Assembly (NCBI GenBank): GCA_963788655.1
Contig: CAWBHS010000075.1
Location: 1 to 64,000, forward strand
DNA from: an uncultured Verrucomicrobiae bacterium
GTDB taxonomy: Bacteria > Verrucomicrobiota > Verrucomicrobiia > Limisphaerales > JAFGQR01
Length of the DNA: 64,000 bases
Direction: 5' to 3'
Shown: positions 61,501 to 64,000 of the stretch, in pieces
Position numbering within the stretch: position 1 is the stretch's first letter
Layout of the letters: every line of letters begins with the position of its first letter
Position numbers and translations under genes: made by a program
The notes under the pieces: generated by a model
What the model was told of the DNA's origin: nothing
Seen by the model: the letters and a program-made list of their open reading frames with translations, nothing else
Database searches by the model: none

Positions 61501-64000
61501 CGCCACTCGCCGATGGCCTGGGGTTGACCGTCGGTGGCACGCACGCCCTGACCACCGCGGCCTCCGTCGGTTGTGATCAAGCCGCGAACATAAATTTCGC
61601 TGCGTCCTATAATCCGCACGCCGAGACCACCATCGCCTCCGGCACCACCGCCTGCGCCGGTGTCAAATTGATCCCGCACCCAGCCGCTGCCGCCGCCGCC
61701 GCCACCGCCATGTCCCCCGCGCGGTCGTGCTTGTCCGGCGGCGTGTCGCGGCGCGCCAAAACCAATCCAACCCGAGGGCAGCGTGTCGGCGTCGAAGCCA
61801 TAATCGAAATCCTCTTTGTGTTCGTATTGAATAACTCGCTGATGCCCGCTCCGCAGTCGCGGCCCTCCGGATCGGTCAGACAATCGGAAAGTAGCGCTCT
61901 CGATGGTATTGCGATTCAGGGAGCTGATGTTGCCGCCGCGAAGGCCGCCCTGGCCTTGAGGATAGGCAGACCGTCCTCCAGCGATGACGCGATCGCCATT
62001 GCCCGGGGGTATGTTCAGGATCGAAGTCACTCCAAAAGGGTCAGCGGACCCGGTCGATCACTTTCGCCGTACCCGCCATTGCGTCCGGCGGCGCCACCGT
62101 TGATGCCACTTCCGTTCGCGCCGTTGTTACCGCTGGCGTCCAATACTCCGTCAATGGTGGTCGTCGTCGTCACTTGCCAGTCAATGGCGCCCGAGGTGAT
62201 TCGCACCTTGCCGCCGCCCGCCACGTACACTTCCGACCATTTCTTCGGCGGCGGGTCGGTAATACGTGATCGTGACACCGGAAGGAACGGACAGTTCGTC
62301 CAAGCCGATCACGGTGAAGGCAACGTTCGTCGCCTGTTGGCTGGGATTGAGAATGTGAAACTCGAAGTCCCGAGTTTGCCCTTCGTCCAGGTCGCGAATG
62401 ACTGGAATCGTCAGCACGAATCCGGCATTGGTCTGTTTGCTCAACCACGAATTCACGTGAAATCCTGGCGCCAACGGTCCGCCTCCGGCAGGATCGCACC
62501 GTCACCTCCGTCGCCGGATCGAGGCCATTCCGACCAGGCGAATTGGAACCACCCGCCCTTCCTCAAGCGGCACCGCCGAATCAATCGAACTTACCATCGG
62601 ACGAAAGTTGACGTTGGCTTCCGCGATGAGAAGCCCGTGCATGCTGAAGTGCGGGATTTGGGCGACCGCTTCCAATCCGTTCTCCGCCACGGTGGCCATG
62701 ATGCCTTCGTCCATGAACTGGCCCGAATTCGGATCGTAATGGTTGAGAGGAATCATGGTGCCGGGCGGTTGGTAACTGTTCAGCGGGATACGCACGGTGG
62801 CCGGAGTTCCGAGGACGAGGCCATCGGGCTCGAGTTCGACGGCGCCAAGCAACCGTTGACCGGCGGGCGGAGCCGGATACTCGTCTTGCGTCAATCGCCG
62901 GATGCTGATCTGTATGTCGGACGCAAGGGCACCGATTGGGAGTGAAATGCTCGCGCCGCCTTGAAGGCTCAAGACACGTCCGCCGGTGCCGGCGAACAGG
63001 AAGTTCGTTCCCGGAGTCTCGGGCGTTGGATTGAGTTCGACTTGAGCAATGCCGGTGAAATTCGTGTCGGCGTCCAGCGTGGCCCGGACGGTGACGAACC
63101 GGTTGCTGACCACGTTGGCCGGCGCCACGTATTGGCCAAAGCTTGAAATGGTGCCATCCGCGCTGCTGCCGCCCGGCGCGCCCTCCACACTCCAGGTCAC
63201 CGCCGGCGGAGGGTCGGTGAAACTCAGCAATGCGAATTGCGCCGCGTCTCCCGGCAGCAGGCTGGTATAGACCGGGTCGAGCGCGAGATTGGTCCGCACT
63301 TGAAAGGTGACTCCGCCAGCCACGACCAGGTTGGTGGTCCGTAAAATGAACTTGTCCGATTGGGCGCCCTTCGGAATTTCCACCACCACTTGATTGGATT
63401 CATTCGTGAGAACCGGCAGTTCCAGGTCACCGAGGTAAAAGGAAAACGCGTTCGAGTCCGCCGCATCCAGACCGGTGATCGGCACATTTACGATTGTTCC
63501 CGGCAACCCACTCGAAGGCGACGGGCTCTGGACCTGCACGGGATGCTGGGGAAAAGTCACGACATCGAAAGTGGCATACTTGAGCGAACTGCCATAATTG
63601 CCCTGATCAAAAGCCTGACAGCTCAAGTAGTAGCTGCCTGGGGTGCTCGACGACGTGATCTCAAACGGGCGGATGATGGTGCTGCCTCCCTCACCGGTCA
63701 GCCCCAACGCCTCTGGTGAGTACTCGCGCGCGAACAACAGTTGATTCGCGATTGGACCATTGAGGCGCAAGCGAACCCGAAAAATGTTGGACTCCGAATC
63801 ATTCATTTCCAGCAGGAATGCCGGACGCAAGAAGCTGATCCCGTCGGACGCAAATCCCGGCCGGCTGATGGTGGTTTCGACCGGCTCAAACGTGGTAATC
63901 TGCGGCGTCGTTCCTCCCGTTTCATCACCCGCAAGTGAAATACCCACGACGGCGGGAGAGCTGATATGTCCTTCGTCATCAATCAATCGCAGCGTGAGCG
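58590..64000 (-). CDS. Giant surface/secreted protein (IPT/TIG, Ig-like, ZU5-like, Gly-rich, TSP3-type Ca-binding repeats, FG-GAP propeller); 5' end outside window; about three frameshifts at 62030-62530
   Basis: ORFs 62502..63986, 62181..62474, 62027..62278 and 58590..62030 are collinear; SPSPSSGLPGTIV..VVVEIPKGAQS; VELEPDGLVLGTPATVRIP..IPHFS; DTDGDG.SD..E...GTDP repeats; DFNKDGHDDL, DLNNDTWPDL, DFDGNGAPDL. Confidence 0.82.
60660..60905 (-). repeat. Four bacterial TSP3-type (DxDxDG) coding repeats
   Basis: DTDGDGISDEDE / DTDGDGSPDGEE / DTDGDCVPDPIE / DSDADQVWDGIE at about 22-aa spacing. Confidence 0.8.

Noticed and set aside
58590..64000. Polymorphic toxin (RHS/CDI) system
   Set aside because: No YD/RHS or haemagglutinin repeats; the C-terminus is an FG-GAP propeller and no immunity-like ORF follows.

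Overview
High-GC bacterial DNA, most likely Verrucomicrobiota (inferred from an H-X9-DG domain, the style of the tRNA-linked integrase N-terminus and the REP-like palindromes; not proven). 1-11.9 kb looks like backbone: a PQQ-repeat protein, a beta-helix protein, a REC-PAS-PAS histidine kinase with response regulator, lgt-miaA-hflX, a SASA-family esterase, a DUF554 protein, a broken outer-membrane beta-barrel gene and tRNA-Pro(CGG). After the tRNA, a truncated integrase starts about 52 kb of accessory DNA made almost entirely of large signal-peptide-bearing, carbohydrate-active-like or surface proteins (beta-helix, GH140/DUF4038, DUF1593, GH9, heparinase-like, alpha/beta hydrolases, clan GH-A-like, FG-GAP, NHL/FlgD, and a giant ZU5/TSP3/FG-GAP protein), with no transporter or regulator recognised. 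Most unusual signals: (i) several 'collapsed' genes that keep their start/signal peptide and C-terminus but have lost the interior, best shown by a 0.62-kb four-segment copy of the 3.1-kb GH9 gene; (ii) a beta-helix enzyme fused to a DUF1559-like/H-X9-DG pilin-body domain; (iii) REP-like palindromes read through in frame inside coding sequences; (iv) a tightly coupled six-gene operon of uncharacterised secreted proteins; (v) a ZU5-HFS candidate autoproteolysis site. Many genes carry single-base frameshifts, often at homopolymers, which may be sequencing errors. No CRISPR array or rRNA seen. All family calls are by-eye motif recognition; no database searches were run.
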